Shown here: positions 61,406 through 64,000 of the stretch, in pieces | Numbering within the stretch: position 1 is the stretch's first letter | Layout of the letters: each line of letters opens with the position of its first letter | From: Selaginella moellendorffii | Lineage: Eukaryota > Plantae > Lycopodiophyta | Direction of reading: 5' to 3' | Assembly (NCBI RefSeq): GCF_000143415.4 | Contig: NW_003314358.1 | Span: 72,001 to 136,000, forward strand | Length of the DNA stretch: 64,000 nt | The notes under the pieces: generated by a model | Seen by the model: the letters and a program-made list of their open reading frames with translations, nothing else | Databases searched by the model: none | What the model was told of the DNA's origin: nothing | Translations under genes and position numbers: made by a program

Positions 61406-62230
61406 ATGTACACGGCGAGGAGGAGGATGATGGCTCTCGACTTGCTCACGGTGGAAGAACAGCGGCAATTCCAATCCTACATCCACGCGCGACTTGTTCT
61501 CGAGATCGAGATCGCTGTCGCCAGGGCCGGAGCTGGAGTTCTCGGACACGTACACGCACAGGAGCTGGAACGAGAGCTGGCGGCGATGGAGGTGATAGAA
61601 GAACGAGCGCGAGAGGCGGTGCGGATGCGCGCGATGGAGGCGCGGGCGCGACTGGCAGCGGCGGCGATGGAGGTAGCGGCAGCCATCGAGGTGTGGGATC
61701 GAGACATGGAGGCGCGGAGGCGGCGACGCGACGAGCTGGCAGCCGAGACGATCGAGCTTGCGGCATTGGAAGCGTGGGAGCGAGACGCGGCACAAAGGCG
61801 CGAGCTGGCGGCCATGGAAGCGGCAGCCATCGAGGTGTGGGATCGAGACATGGAGGCGCGGAGGCGGCGGCGCGACGAGCTGGCGGCCGAGACGATCGAG
61901 CTTGCGGCATTGGAAGCGTGGGAGCGAGACGCGGGACAAAGGCGCGAGCAGGCGGCCATGGAAGCGGCGGCGCGGGCGGCAATGGAAGCGCCACTGAGCG
62001 AGATGGCGGCGGCGATGGAGCGCGAGCTGGGGCCGATGACGTGCGAGCTGGAGCCGATGGCGATGGAGCGCGAGCTGGATCAAGCGCTAGCGCTCGAGGT
62101 GGCGAACTTAAGCGGGCTGTCCAAAGCGATGGAAGCGCCTGTCGCAGGAGGAGGAGGGATGGAGCAGCACTGCAATTTGGATTGTTCCATGGAGCTTGGC
62201 AGTGTCGATGACTTTATCTCCAATGTCTAG
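61406..62230 (+). CDS. Hypothetical Ala/Glu/Arg-rich helical protein with a 48-aa tandem repeat
   Basis: GC-rich ORF with biased codon pattern and a 144-bp duplication (61681 and 61825). Upstream telobox AAACCCTAG (61311) and TATA-like CTATATAG (61371). Confidence 0.55.
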   Translation: MYTARRRMMALDLLTVEEQRQFQSYIHARLVLEIEIAVARAGAGVLGHVHAQELERELAAMEVIEERAREAVRMRAMEARARLAAAAMEVAAAIEVWDRDMEARRRRRDELAAETIELAALEAWERDAAQRRELAAMEAAAIEVWDRDMEARRRRRDELAAETIELAALEAWERDAGQRREQAAMEAAARAAMEAPLSEMAAAMERELGPMTCELEPMAMERELDQALALEVANLSGLSKAMEAPVAGGGGMEQHCNLDCSMELGSVDDFISNV

Positions 62231-64000
62231 CCTATTCCAAGATTCTTTCAATTCGTATTTGCTTTTCCGCTCATCCTTGCCGCTAGGGTTTGCGCCTTGG
62301 CGTCCTTGGCGATCGCAAAGATTTCTTCTTCTTCCTGCCAATGCAGGTCTCGATCGATCGGAGTGTCGCCGGCGCCAGCGATCAGAGATCGCGGAGCGCT
62401 GGAGGAGGTCGCGGAGCGCAGGAGGAGATCGGGAGGAGATCGCTGAGCGCCGAGCGCTGGAGGTGTGATATTTCGCCACTGCGGAGCAATCTGGGAAGGA
62501 TCGCCATGGCTTGTTGGTTAGGGTCGTGGTTCTTGGAATTCCCGGCGGCACGGTCGTCCGGAACGCTTTCTTCCAGCGCCAGCAGCAGCAGCCTGGTCAG
62601 GATCGAATGGAAGTCGACGAATGTATTGCCCGAGGTAGGTACTGTGATCACAGGCGGTGGAACGTATTTGTCTTGCAGGAGCTCATAACGCTGTCTCACC
62701 GCTCACTCGCGGCTCACTCGCGGTCCCTGTCTGGAAACTCACGCTGGCTGCCGAGTTTAGCGTCTCGTTCGTGCTTCTGTGCCGTGCTATGGCGTGGGAG
62801 AAAGCCACCACGTCACGGAGCTTGGAGCCGGAAGAAGTGAGAAGTTGATGTAAGCTTTCAATCCATCCATTCCAGCTCGAGCGAGTGCTAAAGTTTCCTA
62901 TGTTTTTTCGCAGGTGGATTACGATCGCGAGGGTACTGTGAGTATCTATAGCCATCCCATGAAAGCTTGATTGTTTCTTGGCCAAAAAGTTTTTCACAGG
63001 CAAGGTGGTATAGTGTTGTCCGATTCGCTTGCCCTGGAAACCTGTACTGGAAGATTTAACCATGCAGAGGGGGAGGCATGGAAACACTGCCCCTTTATCC
63101 CCTACGAGAGCGCGCTCTTCGCCGAGCTGTTGAAGCACCTGAACGCAGCTGGTACTTTTGTTTGTTAGGTCCTGGCGCTATCAGAGCTTTTTCTACCTTC
63201 GAATTTATCATCTACAGGCTTAATGCGTGGTTGTGGACTGGCATTTCTTACGCGAATGACGTTGCAGCTGGGACTCCAAGACGTCTAGGCAGTCCGAATG
63301 CTTGGTCACATCGTGGTATGGCAAGATCAAGGTTCTTTGTATCTCTTCCGTTCCCAGGAAATCATTTGTTTATACACGTTCATTCCTGATCGCAGTTCTC
63401 TTACTTTGATCGGAGTGTTGCTGCTCAACAGAAACTTGCACAAGCGCTCCTCTTGGAATGCCACCTTCAAACGGAGTCATCCTGCAGTCTCGAAGAGCCT
63501 AGCAACGATGAAACACCAGGTCAGTCCATGTTCGTCATTCTTGCGAGGCTAACTCAAAACGAATGTTTGCAGATTAACTGTAAAGGCGGCAAAGTCAGTC
63601 ACCAATAACAACGAAAGCTGGGGCAGCATTACGGTAACTTACAATCAGCGTACAAGGAGATTGGAATCGCCACTTCGGTTTCAGCCAGCATCATCTCGGG
63701 TACATGGCCTTTCCAAACTGAAAAACGCTGAGAATGACATACAATTCCAGGTAAGAGACCAGGTATTGAATCAAGCAGAGACTGTAAGAGGTTGCTAGCT
63801 CTTTGCTCCTTCTCTTCCACAGGTAGCAAGTATGGACATTCTTTACAGGATCAAAAACACTGGTGTCAAATTTGCCGAAGTGTATCGAGGCTGCGTCGGT
63901 GCCATGCCAGTCATCAAGGGAATTAGAGAAGCTTCTGTTTGCCGGCAGTTCGCTCTTTAGCCGAAGATTCAAGTACGTGAAAGCCTTTTGCTCGTTTTCC

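Noticed and set aside
62300-64000. Gene-like GC-rich sequence and ORFs at the window end
   Set aside because: I could not assign a strand, frame or domain from the sequence alone.

Overview
Plant nuclear DNA. Ultra-short introns (about 45-65 nt), very tight gene packing and PLS-class PPR genes suggest a lycophyte such as Selaginella (inference). Bases 1-12 kb and 24-39 kb are nested transposon debris: at least three related Ty3/Gypsy chromovirus LTR types, one structurally complete but integrase-deleted element (26093-32551, TSD CATCT), a solo LTR with TSD ATTAA, and hAT remnants. A PIF/Harbinger-type element with 17-bp TIRs and an ACT TSD sits at 20580-24233. Host genes are LpxD, a frameshifted PPR-DYW editing factor, an nsLTP-like protein, a RING-HC protein (plus an inverted pseudogene copy), a RINGv protein, two tandem QCR10 genes, PRP38, a GH28 polygalacturonase and CAMTA. 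The most striking observation is an apparent ~50-nt spliceosomal intron inside the GPY/F module of the chromovirus integrase, seen in two divergent copies. In one copy its retention gives an immediate stop that would remove the chromodomain. Also notable is an intact, intronless, very AT-rich secreted bulb-lectin fusion gene in an AT island, followed by a 20-bp-stem hairpin. All calls are by eye, and many TE boundaries are approximate.
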